DNA from: Mustelus asterias | Lineage: Eukaryota | Assembly (NCBI RefSeq): GCF_964213995.1 | Contig: NC_135808.1 | Span: forward strand, 35,030,001-35,094,000 | Direction: 5' to 3' | Length of the DNA stretch: 64,000 bases | Shown: in pieces, positions 36,415 through 48,518 of the stretch | How positions within the stretch are numbered: the first letter of the stretch is position 1 | Layout: each line of letters starts with the position of its first letter | Made by a program: the position numbers and the translations under genes | Notes under the pieces: generated by a model | Told to the model about the DNA's origin: nothing | The model's database searches: none | What the model saw: only the letters and a program-made list of their open reading frames with translations

Positions 36415-37769
36415 GTGAGCTTTCACTCTCTCCAACTCCCACCCCTGCGTCACTCTATCTCCCCCATGTTTATCCGTGCCCCCCCACCCCCCCACCAAGT
36501 ATCTCTCTCTCTCTCTCCTCCTAACCTCCCTGTATCTCACAATAATTTTGAACATTATAAAGGTTGGCCCTTTGAGTCTTCTCCATTATTCAATAGGTTC
36601 CTAGCTGATCCTCCAGCTCAGCTTCACCTTCCTGTCACATCCCAATACCACTTCATTCTCTTAGTATCCCAAAATCTATTAACCTGTTATAAATACTGCC
36701 AGGGTCTGAACATCCAGGGCACAGAATTCCGAAGATTCACAAGTTCTTTGAGTGAAGACCTTTCTCTTCAATTCCGTTCTGAACGGCTGACCTTATCCTG
36801 AGTGTGTCCCCGTGTTTTCTGACGGTCATTCAGATTTGAAATATTGGCTCTGCTCTCTAACTGTCAGACCTGCTGAGGTTTTCGAACATTTTCTGTTTTT
36901 GTCCCCGTGTTCTCCGTTCCCTAGCCAGGGGACGTGACTTCTCAAGTCTCCATCCTTTTTGTTAAGTTTATTTATTAGTGTCACAATCCTGTCAAGTCCC
37001 TTACGAAGTAGGAACAGAGGTTATCTCCAGCTCACTTGATGTAATTAGACTCCCGAACTCTATCCATGGACCTCTTGGGTAGGGCAATTCCTCAAGATTC
37101 ACCACCCTCACATGAAGCAATTCCTTCTCCTCCCCTCAGTCCTCAATGATCTGTCTGAGACTTTTTCCTCTGATACTAGACTCACCAGCCAGAGGAAACA
37201 TCTTATTCACATCCACCATGTCACCAGCAACCTCCCCTCCCCTCCACGAAGGATTTTGCATGTTTCAATTAGGTCACCCCTCAGTCTTAACGCCAGTGAA
37301 AACAGACCCAGTCTCCTCAATTTCTCTCTATTGGACAGTCCTGCTGTCCCAGGGATTTGTCTGATGAACCTCCGTTGTATTCTTTCTGTATAAACTTTCT
37401 TAGGTAAGGGGACCCAAACTTACACAGTGCTCCAGCTGAAGTCATACAAAGTCCCTGTAAAGCTGTATTAAGAGATCTTTACTCCTGTACTCTAATCACC
37501 TTGTAATTAAGGCCACCATAAAATTTACCTTTAATTGCTTGCTGCACTTGCATTTTAACTTTTAGTGACCCATGATAAGGATACATGGGTCTCTTTGAAC
37601 ATCCACACTTCCCAAATTTTACATGTTACAATGAAATCACCTTTCATTAAGACACCAGGTGTAGTCTACTCAATTTCTCCTCAGAGGACATTTGTCTGAT
37701 CTCAGGAACCAGTCTAATGAACCTTTGTTGTACAGCCTCAGGGACACGTATGTCCGTTCTTGGATAAAG

Positions 37770-38068
37770 TTCATTTATTAATGTCATAAGTAGGCTTACA
37801 ATAACACTAATGAAGTTACTGTGAAAATCCCCAAGTCATCACACTCTGGCGCCTGTTCAGGGACACTGAGGGAGAATTTAGCATGGCCAAAGCACCTAAC
37901 CTGCATGTCTTTTGGACTGTGGGAGGAAATCAGAGCACCCGGATGAAACCCACACAGACACGGGAAGAATTTGCCGACTCCACACAGACAGTGACCCAAG
38001 CTGGGAATCAAACCCGTGTCCCTGATGCTGTGAGGCAGCAGTGCCAACCACTGTGCCACCATGCCTCC
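37770..38068 (-). mobile_element. HE1/V-SINE-like element (further copies at ~31805-31972 +, ~32525-32820 -, ~43360-43668 +, ~59650-59915 +)
   Basis: tRNA head plus V-SINE core, as at 10894 and 11180. Confidence 0.8.
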
Positions 38069-38743
38069 CACGGTGTCACAGGGTAAGGAGACCAAAACTG
38101 TGCACAGCCTTCCAGGTGTCGGCCTATGTCATTGCAATAAGACTTCAATCCCTTTTTAACAAAGGCCAACATATCATTTGCTGGATAGATTCTTGATAAG
38201 CAAAGGGGTGAAAGGCTATCGGAGGTAGACAGGAGGTGAAGTTCAGGTTACAATCATATCAGCTATGGATATTATTGAATGGTGGAGCAGGTTCAAAGGG
38301 TTTACTTCCTGCTCCTAATTCATAATTTTGTATATGCGCACGCACATTATTGAAACCATTTTGAAAATGCAAGTACACCACATCCACTGGTTCCCCTTCA
38401 TTCATTACATCTTTAAAAACCTCTAGCAGATTTGCAAAACATGATTTCTTTCATTAATCCACAGTAATGCTATTTAATCATATTAAAGTTCTCTAAGTTG
38501 CCTGTTACCATGTCCCTAACAAGTTTCAATGTTTGTTTCTTGTTAATGTTAGGCTATGGTTTCCCGGTTTCTCTCATCCTCATTTATTAAACAGCAGGTG
38601 TATGTTTGCTTCCTTCCAATCATTGGGAATGGTTTGAGATTGAAGGACCTTGAGAAGTCACATCCTCTCCCTGCCCTCTGCTGATTGACGGGTAAATGCG
38701 GGTGGACTGGCTCTGATTGGCTGTGTGTGTGTGTGATTGACAG

Positions 38744-39016
38744 GGATCCACACGGTCCAGGTAATGCACAGCTGTGAGCTCAGGGATGACGGACAAACCA
38801 GTGGATTTCACCAGGAAGGTTGGGACGGGAATGATTACATCAGCTTCGACAAGGATCACATGGTATGGGTCACCCCGGTAGCCTGGGGAGTGATCACCAA
38901 GAACAAGTGGGATCAGGACAAGGCCAGGAATCAGCAGAGGAAGGCTTACCTGGAGACAACCTGCATCGAGTGGCTGAAAAAATACCTGGAGCAGGGAAAA
39001 CAAGATCTGAAACCCA
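38744..39016 (+). CDS. UAA: MHC class I alpha2 exon
   Basis: GIHTVQVMHSCEL...WDGNDYISFD...ITKNKWD...YLETTCIEWLKKYL with T143, K146, W147, Y159, W167, Y171 and both cysteines. 273 bp; donor GCGAGT. Confidence 0.95.
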
Positions 39017-39356
39017 GCGAGTATGGAGGGGCCTAAAGAGTAGGGTACTGAGTAAGGGGGTTTGAGATGTGGGGGAGGGGGGGGGTGAGAGTGAGGCGGC
39101 AATACTGAGAGTGAGGTGGAGGGGAGGGGTGTTGAAAGAGGTGGGGAGGGTTGAGAGTAAGGGGGGTGGGGGGGAGACTGAGAGTCAGTTATTTAATCAC
39201 TGGTCTAAAGTGGCATGTACATTCTGGGGTCTAATCTCCAGTTTAAAGAGGTTTGTACCATTTCCTGGGGTCAGGAGTCTAATCTCCAGTTTAAGGTGTA
39301 TATGTACCATTCTCCGTCTCTCATTGATGAGGCTCTGATCTGTTTTGCTCTCTCAG

Positions 39357-39629
39357 TTGTTCCACAAGTATTTCTTTCTGTGGACAAGATGTCAGACACC
39401 AAACCGGCCCAAATGTCCTGTTTGGTCTCGGGATTTTACCCTCGTGATATCGAAGTCACTCTGCTGAGAAATGGTGAGCCAATCATGGACACGTATTCCA
39501 CTGGCGTCCTGCCCAATCATGATCGGACCTACCAACTGCGGAGATGGGCTCAGATCACCCCTAAAGATGGAGCCACCTACTCCTGTCAGTATGAACAGAG
39601 TGAAACAGAAGTGGAGACCAGAGACTGGG
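39357..39629 (+). CDS. UAA: MHC class I alpha3 (Ig C1) exon
   Basis: SCLVSGFYPRDIEVTLLRNG...GVLPNHDRTYQ...YSCQYEQ...W. Acceptor CTCTCAG, donor GTAAGA, 273 bp. Confidence 0.95.
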
Positions 39630-40255
39630 GTAAGAGGAACAGTGAGTGCAGCGACAGTGTCTGTCAGTGATTGTGTTTCAATGGGCTTGCTAGCTCATCC
39701 AGGTTCCCCTGGGTCTCTGGATTACTAGTCCAGTGACAATACCACTACACCACTGCCTCTCCAAACTGACAGGTTTATAGTTTCCAGGTTTATCCCTCTT
39801 CTTTTGTGATGCTGCCATCCTCTGGCACCACGACCATATTGAAGGAGGATTGGCAACTAGTGACTAGAGCCTCTGGTATCTCCAGCCTTCATTTCCTCAG
39901 TAAGCTCAGATGCACTCCATCCGGCTCTGGTGACTTTTCTACTTGAGTGCTGTTGAAGCTTGACTATAGCTCACCTTTTGATCTATTTTTATCCTATTCA
40001 ATTTCTCTACAACCTCCTCCTCTTTAATGAAAACCAATGCAAAATACTCATTTGATACCTCAGCCATGCCCTATGTTTCCCGATGATGGTCTCCTTTGTA
40101 GTCCCTAACCAGCCCAACCCCTCCTTGCCTACTTTTAATATTTAGAAAACTAATTCACCTGGGCCAGATCCCTTTTCAATCTGACTGAAATTAGCCCTTC
40201 TCTGGGTGATTATTTTCATTTTTCCTTGTTCTTTCCCATCTCCACTCCAAACCTA

Positions 40256-40762
40256 AAAAGCAAGGTACTGTAGAGCTTGGAATCTAGAACAAAAACAGAA
40301 AATGTGGGGAAACACTCAGCAGGTCCGACATCGTCTGTGGAGAGTTAACGTTTTGAGTCAGTATGAATCTTCAGAGTGAAAGAGAGGGAGAAATGTGATG
40401 GATTATATAATGTATAAGAGGGGATGGAGCAGCTAGAACAGAGTAAAGGATCAGTGATTGGTGGGAGCGAGGAGCGATTGCAACAAAGATGCGTAGTCAC
40501 AAGACAGAGGAAACGTTAACGGCAGAAGAAGGTGCGAGTAGTAGCAGATATCAGAATTATGGGAGAATATAGGTCAATGCTCAGTGAAAGCAAAAATAAA
40601 GAACAAGTGACAGATGGCCCAGTGGGGGAGGGGAAGGGGAGTTTTTTCATTGGGACAAAAAATGTTTGGGATATATTTTTAAAAAGGTCAAGATAAGGGG
40701 TAAGATCACAGTTTAAAGTTGTTGAGTTCTGAGGACTGTAATGTACCTAATTGGAAGATGAG
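40256..40762 (-). mobile_element. Penelope-like element remnant (same family as 17537-18192)
   Basis: Aligns with 17540-18060 (AAAACAGAAAA...CTCAGCAGGTC...GAACAAGTGACAGATGGCCCAGTG). Confidence 0.7.
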
Positions 40763-42191
40763 GGGGAATGGGATGGAATCCTTACAGAGAAGCTGTAATT
40801 GGGAGCCGGTGGGATTGCAATGAATATTGGTGGTCAGAGGTCAAGGAAGAGAAGGGAAATGTTGGAGATGAGAGAGGGTTGGAAATTGGAAGCAACCTGA
40901 TGATGTTTTGATTACTGTTTTCTAAATGGTGCCCCATTTTGTCCAACTTCATTATCGAGAACTCCAACACTGATTTTTGCCTTGCTAGTCAAGACAGTTC
41001 TCCTGTATAAATTTAAGGAAATTCTCCCCATTTCCCCCTTTCCCTTCACACTATCCCAGTCTGTATTTAGATAGGTCCCTCATCACCACTCTATAGTTCT
41101 GGTTTCTTTCTGTAATCTGCCTTAAAATCTCTCCTCAATCTCCTCCCCACTATTTGTTGATCGAAAGTTTATACCCAGCTGTGAAATCACTCCCCTAACT
41201 CTCTCCAATTACACTGGCAGATTCAAAGACAGAATGTATTGCCCCTTTCCAGAATTGGAACAGTATCTGTGATCAATAATCTCTCCTTCTCTTTACTCTC
41301 CCTAGAAATCTCTTATCTCCCATCACTGCACTTCCTCAAGGCTATTCTGAGTCTGTGTGAGGATCAATCACTTTTGTGTAGGTGACTTGAAAGGACTTTT
41401 GAATGACACGTAGTTCCAATATCTGCAGATGAACAACATCCTCAATTTATTTAGCAGCTTTGGTATAAACATCCCAAAGATCTTCACAGGAGTGTCATCC
41501 CAGACACACTGAGCCATTCTACCCTAATTTTCCAAAATTCCAGAAAGGTCCCTTCAGATTGGAAAATAGTGAATGTGAACTCCTCTATTCAAGAAAGAAA
41601 GGAGACAGAAAGCAGGAAGGTGTAGGCCAGTTAGATCAGGAGAATGCTGGATTCTATTAATAAGAATGTTATAGCAGGGAACCTAGAAAATCTTAATGCA
41701 GTCAGGCAGAATCAACATGGAATTGTTAAAGAAAAAACAAGTTTGACTCATTTGTTAGGATTTTTTGAAGAAGTAACAAACAATGTGGATAAAGGGGAAC
41801 CTGTGGATGTGCTGCATTTAGATTTCCAGAAGGTATTTGACAAGGTGCCACATCAAAGGTTATTACACAAAATAAGAGCTCATGGTGCGGAGGTAACATA
41901 CAGACAAAGGATTGCTTAGCTACAGGAAACAGAGTAGGGATAAATGGGAGTAGGCTTGAATGTGGAGTTGAAGCCACAGTCAGACCAGCCATGATCTTAC
42001 TGAATGGCGGAGGAGACTTAAGGGGCCGAGAGGCCTAATCCTACTTCTAATTTATATGTTTGTATTCTCTGGTCAGACTGTCCGTCACATCACAGATTCT
42101 AACTCCATATCAGATGCAGCTTTAATACAATAGTTTGTGAATGAGCAGTGGGTGTGATTATTCATTGATTATTTTTTCATTCTCCCCACAG

Positions 42192-42317
42192 ATGGGGTGT
42201 TCAGAGTTATTCCAGGATCTAGATGAGAAACATACTTTGGTTTGGATGTTGGAATTGTTGTTGCTGTTGTTGCACTGATTACCATTATCATTTGTGCGAT
42301 TGTGTGGAAGAGAGCAG
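42192..42317 (+). CDS. UAA: MHC class I connecting peptide/TM exon with in-frame TGA
   Basis: DGVFRVIPGSR*ETYFGLDVGIVVAVVALITIIICAIVWKRA. Strong acceptor CCCCACAG, donor GTAGGA, 126 bp. Confidence 0.85.
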
Positions 42318-42487
42318 GTAGGAAACTCTGTTATGAGTAGCTTTAAATAATTTAGAAACTTTACCTGGTGAGTTGGTGGATTGCGGGAGTGGGGCTGTGG
42401 TGGTGAACAGTAATGGAATGAGGGGGCTGGACAGGATGAGGGAGCTGTTTGTAACGGAAGATCTGTTTGTGTTTCTGTCTCTTGTAG

Positions 42488-42523
42488 GAGTAGAGAAAAA
42501 AATTGCTTATCGCCCAGCAAATC
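42488..42523 (+). CDS. UAA: MHC class I cytoplasmic exon (GVEKKIAYRPAN)
   Basis: Acceptor CTTGTAG, donor GTAAGT, 36 bp; conserved cytoplasmic Y-x-P-A motif. Confidence 0.8.
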
Positions 42524-42920
42524 GTAAGTGAATAAACAAGACAAACTTGGAGCTGTGTGTCTGTCTGTCTCTCTTGATGCATTACTGTTTCTCACTGTCA
42601 GTGTCCACCTGTCTGCCTTGGTAAGGCTGTGCCAGTCTCTCTTGGGAAGAGTGTGCCTGTCTATAAGTGTGTCTGTCTGTCTCTGTTGGCGTCTTTCTCT
42701 TTCGGTGTGTTGTGTGTCTCTTTCTGTGCGCGTGCGCGTGTCTCTGCCTCTCTCTGTATATCTTTGTAGAGAACATTCCCCATGTTGTAAAATGTTTAAC
42801 AGAAACCTTTCATTTCGTAGGTGCTGATAGTGGGGAAATCATCCTCCCAGGTCTGAGGTACGGAGTCACTCACTGGAGTTTAACAACATCATCAAACCAG
42901 GACCTGTGGATTTGGGGAGA

Positions 42921-43013
42921 ACACAGTAAGAAGTTTAACAACACCAGGTTAACCTGTGTTGTTAAACTTCTTACTGTGTTTACCCCAGTCCAACGCCGGC
43001 ATCGCCACATCAC
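42921..43013 (-). mobile_element. Mini Penelope-derived hairpin insertion at the 3' end of the MHC gene
   Basis: Same terminus as 52404-52650 with an internal fold-back. 12-bp TSD GATTTGGGGAGA at 42909-42920 and 43014-43025. Confidence 0.85.
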
Positions 43014-45500
43014 GATTTGGGGAGAGACAGGATTGCGTTTTATCACAGACTCACTGCTTTTGCACCTTGACATTTGTCATGAGTTCTCACTCAGTGAGAG
43101 TGGAAATCCATGATACAGGTCAGAATGTTACTGCCCGCCCTCTATGGGAATCAGAGCAGGCGAGGGGCAGACGATGGGAAGGTCTGTTGACCTCGGGTGG
43201 GATTTTACGGTTATGGGATGAGCGAGGCCATGAAATCCCAACGGTCTCTGAAAGACACAAGCTCCAGCAATGAAGTGAATAATTCCAGTCTGGAATTGAT
43301 CAGCCTTGGTTTACTGCATGGGAGATCCCCAATATTGATGGATCTCCCATGCAGTAAACCACAGTGGTTAGCACTGCTGCCTCACAACGCCAGGGACCCA
43401 GGTTTGATTCCCAGCTTGGGTCACTGTCTCTGTGGAGTTGGCACATTCTCCCAGTGTGTGGGTGGGTTTCCTCTGGGTGCTCCGGTTTCCTCCTACAGTC
43501 CAAAGATATGCAGGTTAGGTGGATTGGCCATGCTAAATTGCCCTTTAGTGTCAGGGGGACTAGCTAAGGTAAATATATGTGGGGCTATGGGGATAGGGCC
43601 TAGGTGGGATTGTGGTCAGTGCGGACTTGATGGGCCGAATGGCCTCCTTCTGCACTGTAGGGATTCTCTGATCAGATCTGTGTTTGTGGGAAGGAACAGT
43701 TTCTGTTAACCCACCATCAGTGTTGAGCATACCCAGATAAGGTCAGGTAGTGAAGTTCTTCCCTCCTCCTCAATTTGACCATGGATCATCTCCTTGCATT
43801 CATTACTGCTCCTTCCCTTCACTGAGATGAACTTATCTATTAAAAACCACAGGGGGAGCGTACAGGCTCTCCAGCTCTGCTTTGTGTTCCGATTTCTCTC
43901 ACCCCCGCTGTGTCTAACTGCTGCCCATGACCCTATCCAGAGAGCAGTATCAATCAATTGTTCTCTAAATGTTTCTCCCCTGGTCCTGCAGCGATGGATT
44001 AACAAGAATCTCCTGGGAACCTCGTGTTCTCTTGAAGGTCGCTGATCTGCTGCAGAATCCACTTCCCTTCAGCTCATCAATCAAAAGTACAACAGTTCTG
44101 GCCCACTGGATAGTCAGTAAGCTGGCGGAGAGAGTAGAAAATTCCAGGGGTGGGGTCTAGATTGTGAAGGTTTAATATTCCTGGCAGCAAGGGCAGGAAT
44201 GAATGTCATCGGGGGAACGAGGTCTGGTGAGCAACAAGCTTCAGGATCTTGCTAGCTGCTGAGTGAGACAGTGGATCTGTTTGACATACTAGCAAATGGG
44301 ATGACACCTGGAGAATGGGAGATAGTTGTGCTGCAGATGTGAGGGGCGGAGTTTGAACTTGGGTTTGGAGTCAGGGTCTTAAACTGATGCATCGTGGGGC
44401 TTGGAGATGTCAGGAAATTTCCCCACTCGGGAAACCTGTCTTGGTAGCAGAAATCCAGGCCTTAGTGTCTGAACTCTGACCCACCGTTGACAGCTTCTGT
44501 GAACTCTGCCATCTGACTAACCAATCACTGCCACTGTGTCAAATACTGGTCTGATTTCCCCTTTAAAGTAAATGATTCTCTTTGCATCCCCACTCCCTGT
44601 GACAACTCACAGGGAGAGCAGTTTGAGCCGGCAATTTTTTTAATTAATAAAAAGGCATAAATAGTAAAGAACAAGGCGAAAAGAAAAATTGGAAATGCCG
44701 GAATCCCGAAAAGAAAGGTCAGTACCAGGAGGCCCACAGTGCTTTTTTGACTAATGAAGTACACTTTTGAAATATAGACACTGTTCAAACAACTAAAGAA
44801 ATTCTCCTAACCTCTCTCCCAATCACTGTGATCATTTCAAATTGTTTGCCTCTTGTCAATAATTGCTCAAGCAGGAGAAATTTAAATAACTTCACCATTT
44901 GGAAAAATGCTCAATGAAATCTCTCCTTGTGTCCTGTGTGCTCCAGTTCAAACAGAACCTGTAGATGAGACACCGCAAAAATAAGCTGCTTCTTCTTGAT
45001 TCTTAATAACAAGTATTTAGCAATAATGCGTGTATGAGTATAAATTGCTGTATGCAAATTATCACGAGGTGGAAGAATGTGTATCAAATATAATCTAAAC
45101 TGTTGTGCACCAAACAGTTTTGGACAGATGTATCCTGTTATGAACGGGTGTGAAATGAATGTCATCTGATGTGAGAAGAGTTGTGTTTCTGAGAGATATT
45201 GGATAAGATTATCATGGATTAGTTGATTAATTCTTGTTACTGACTAATTTGCCGATATGTTTTAAAGATTAGTTTTGACAATGTAGTACATTTTAAATCT
45301 GCAGTTACCTGGGTTTTTAGGGTAGCCATAGTTTAACTGGACTTAAATTGTAAACTATATATTTGCACAGACCCTGTGTATAAAAACAGGTTGAGGCTGG
45401 GGATTAATAACTGACAGTTGTGATCTACATCAGCAAATGTTATTGTTTGTAAGAGATTTGATAATAAATAGCTGCTTATTGGTGCAAACCAAAGAGAAAC

Positions 45501-45638
45501 AGGCGCCAGAATTCTCTGGTCTCGTACACCGTTACCGTTTGCCAGTGAGAATGGAAAATTTGGCATCAAGCCAAATCTCCCTTCACTGCAGTGGCACTGG
45601 AGAATCCCAATTGCAGGCGAGGTCGGAGAATTCCAGCC
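45501..45638. mobile_element. ~135-bp MITE-like element (inverted copy at 49743-49875; related copy ~22697-22822)
   Basis: Terminal inverted repeats GCCAGAATTCTC ... GAGAATTCCAGCC. Confidence 0.6.
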
Positions 45639-45768
45639 AGGATAACTTGCATGATGTTATTAGACATAGGCTCAGCCTTGAACCATCATCTGGACTCCAT
45701 ATCCCAAGAACCGGTGTGGACTGGTAGTGGAACCATGCCCAGCCTGATTCTTGATGGATTGCCCTGTG

Positions 45769-48518
45769 ACATAGAAACACAGAAACATAGAAAAACTACA
45801 GCATAATACAGGCCCTTCAGCCCACAAAGTTGTGCCGAACATGTCCCTACCTTAGCGATTACTAGGCTTACCTATAACCCTCTATCTTACTAAGTTCCAT
45901 GTACTTATCTAAAAGTCTCTTAAAAGACCCTATCGAATCCGCCTCCACCACCGTTGCTGGCAGCCCATTCCATGCACCCACCACCCTCTGAGTGAAAAAC
46001 TTACCCCTGACATCTCCTCTGTACCTACTCCCCAGCACCTTAAACCTGTGTCCTCTTGTGGCAACCATTTCAGCCCTAGGAAAAAGCCTCTGACTGTCCA
46101 CTCGATCAATACCTCTCAACATCTTATACACCTCTATCAGGTCACCCCTCATCCTTCGTCTCTCCAAGGAGAAAAGGCCAAGCACACTCAACCCAGGCAA
46201 CATCCTTGTAAATCTCCTCTGCACCCTTTCTATGGCTTCCACATCCTTCCTGTCATGAGGCGACCAGAACTGAGCACAGTACTCCAAGTGGGGTCTGATC
46301 AGGGTCCTATATAGCTGCAACATTATCTCATGACTCCTAAATTCAATTCCTCGATTGATGAAGGCCAGTACACCATTCGCCTTCTTAACCACAGCCTCAA
46401 CCTGCACAGCTGCTTTGAGCGTCCGATGAACTTGGACCCCAAGATCCTTCTGATCTTCCACACTGCCAAGAGTCCTACCATTAATATTATATTCCGCCAT
46501 CCTATTTGACCTGCCAAAATGAACCACCTCACACTTATCTGGGTTGAACTCCATCTGCCACGTCTCCGCCCAGTCTTGCATCCTATCAATGTCTCGCTGC
46601 AACTTCTGACATCCCTCCACACTATCCACAACACCTCCAACCTTTGTGTCATCAACAAACTTACCAACCCATCCCTCCACTTCCTCATCCAGGTCATTTA
46701 TAAAAATCACAAAGAGTAAGGGTCCCAGAACAGATCCCTGTGGTACTCCATTGGTGACCGACCTCCATGCAGAATATGACCTATCTATAACTACTCATTG
46801 CCTTCCGTGGGCAAGCCAGTTCTGGATCCACAAGGCAATGTCCCCTTGGATCCCATGCCCCCTCACTTTCTCAATAAGCCTTGCATGGGGCACCTTATCA
46901 AACATAGAACATAGAACAGTACAGCACAGAACAGGCCCTTCGGCCCACGATGTTGTGCCGAGCTTTATCTGAAAACAAGATCAAGCTATCCCACTCCCTA
47001 CCATCCTGGTGTGCTCCATGTGCCTATCCAATAACCGCTTAAATGTTCCTAAAGTGTCTGACTCCACTATCACTGCAGGCAGTCCATTCCACACCCTAAC
47101 CACTCTCTGCGTAAAGAACCTACCTCTGATATCCTTCCTATATCTCCCACCACGAGCCCTATAGTTATGCCCCCTTGTAATAGCTCCATCCACCCGAGGA
47201 AATAGTCTTTGAACGTTCACTCTATCTATCCCCTTCATCATTTTATAAACCTCTATTAAGTCTCCCCTCAGCCTCCTCCGCTCCAGAGAGAACAGCCCTA
47301 GCTCCCTCAACCTTTCCTCATGAGACCTACCCTCCAAACCAGGCAGCATTCTGGTAAATCTCCTCTGCACTCTTTCCAGCGCTTCCACATCCTTCTTATA
47401 GTGAGGTGACCAGAACTGCACACAATATTCCAAATGTGGTCTCACCAAGGTCCTGTACAGTTGCAGCATAACCCCACGGCTCTTAAACTCCAACTCCCTG
47501 TTAATAAAAGCTAACACAATATAGGCCTTCTTCACAGCTCTATCCACTTGAGTGGCAACCTTTAGAGATCTGTGGATATGGACCCCAAGATCTCTCTGTT
47601 CCTCCACAGTCTTCAGAACCCTACCTTTGACCCTGTAATCCACATTTAAATTAGTTCTACCAAAATGAATCACCTCACATTTATCAGGGTTAAACTCCAT
47701 TTGCCATTTTCAGCCCAGCTTTGCATCCTATCTATGTCTCTTTGCAGCCTACAACAGCCCTCCACCTCATCCACTACTCCACCAATCTTGGTGTCATCAG
47801 CAAATTTACTGATCCACCCTTCAGCCCCCTCCTCTAAGTCATTAATAAAAATCACAAAGAGCAGAGGACCAAGCACTAATCTCTGTGGCACTCCGCTAGC
47901 AACCTGCCTCCAATCCGAAAATTTTCCATCCACCACCACCCTCTGTCTTCGATCAGACAGCCAGTTACCTATCCAATCGGCCAACTTTCTCTCTATCCCA
48001 CACCTCCTCACTTTCATCATAAGCCGATCATGGGGGACCTTATCAAACGTCTTACTAAAATCCATGGACATGACATCAACTGCCCTACCTTCATCAACAC
48101 ACTTAGTTACCTCCTCAAAAAATTCTATCAAACGTCTTGCTGAAATCCGTAAAAACTACATCTACTGCTCTTCCCTCGTCTGAGTCTAGTAACATCTTCA
48201 AAAAATTCAATTAGGCTCGTAAGGCATGGTCTGCCTTGGACAAAGCCGTGCTGGCTATTTCTGATCATACTATTCCTCTCCAGATATTCCTAAATATTGC
48301 CTCTCAGGATCTTCTCCATCAACTTACCAACCACTGAGGTTAGACTCACTGGTCTATAATTTCCCGGGCTATCTCTTCTCCCTTTCTTGAATAATGGAAC
48401 CACATCCGCAATCCTCCGGAACCTCTCCCGTCTCCATTGATGACGCAAAGATCATCGCCAAAGGCTCAGCAATCTCTTCCCTCGCCTCCCACAGTAGCCT
48501 GAGGTACATCTCATCCGG
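45769..48518 (-). mobile_element. CR1 (element A) interrupted by a nested CR1 (element B, 46904-48125)
   Basis: TSD TATCAAAC at 46896-46903 and 48126-48133. The RT of element A continues on both sides. Confidence 0.9.

Larger units (their letters stand above)
33904..42857 (+). pseudogene. UAA: MHC class I heavy-chain gene, shark UAA-like lineage; pseudogene or secreted variant (GC donor plus in-frame stop before TM)
   Basis: Exons: leader 33904-33952, alpha1 36154-36414, alpha2 38744-39016, alpha3 39357-39629, TM 42192-42317, CY1 42488-42523, CY2 from 42821. All junctions are phase 1. TGA at 42224-42226. Confidence 0.6.

Noticed and set aside
42821-42860. Additional 1-nt frameshift in the last cytoplasmic exon (GEIILP versus GESSSQV*)
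   Set aside because: Plausible, but the exon end and ancestral frame cannot be fixed without a homologue alignment, so it is not counted as a firm lesion.
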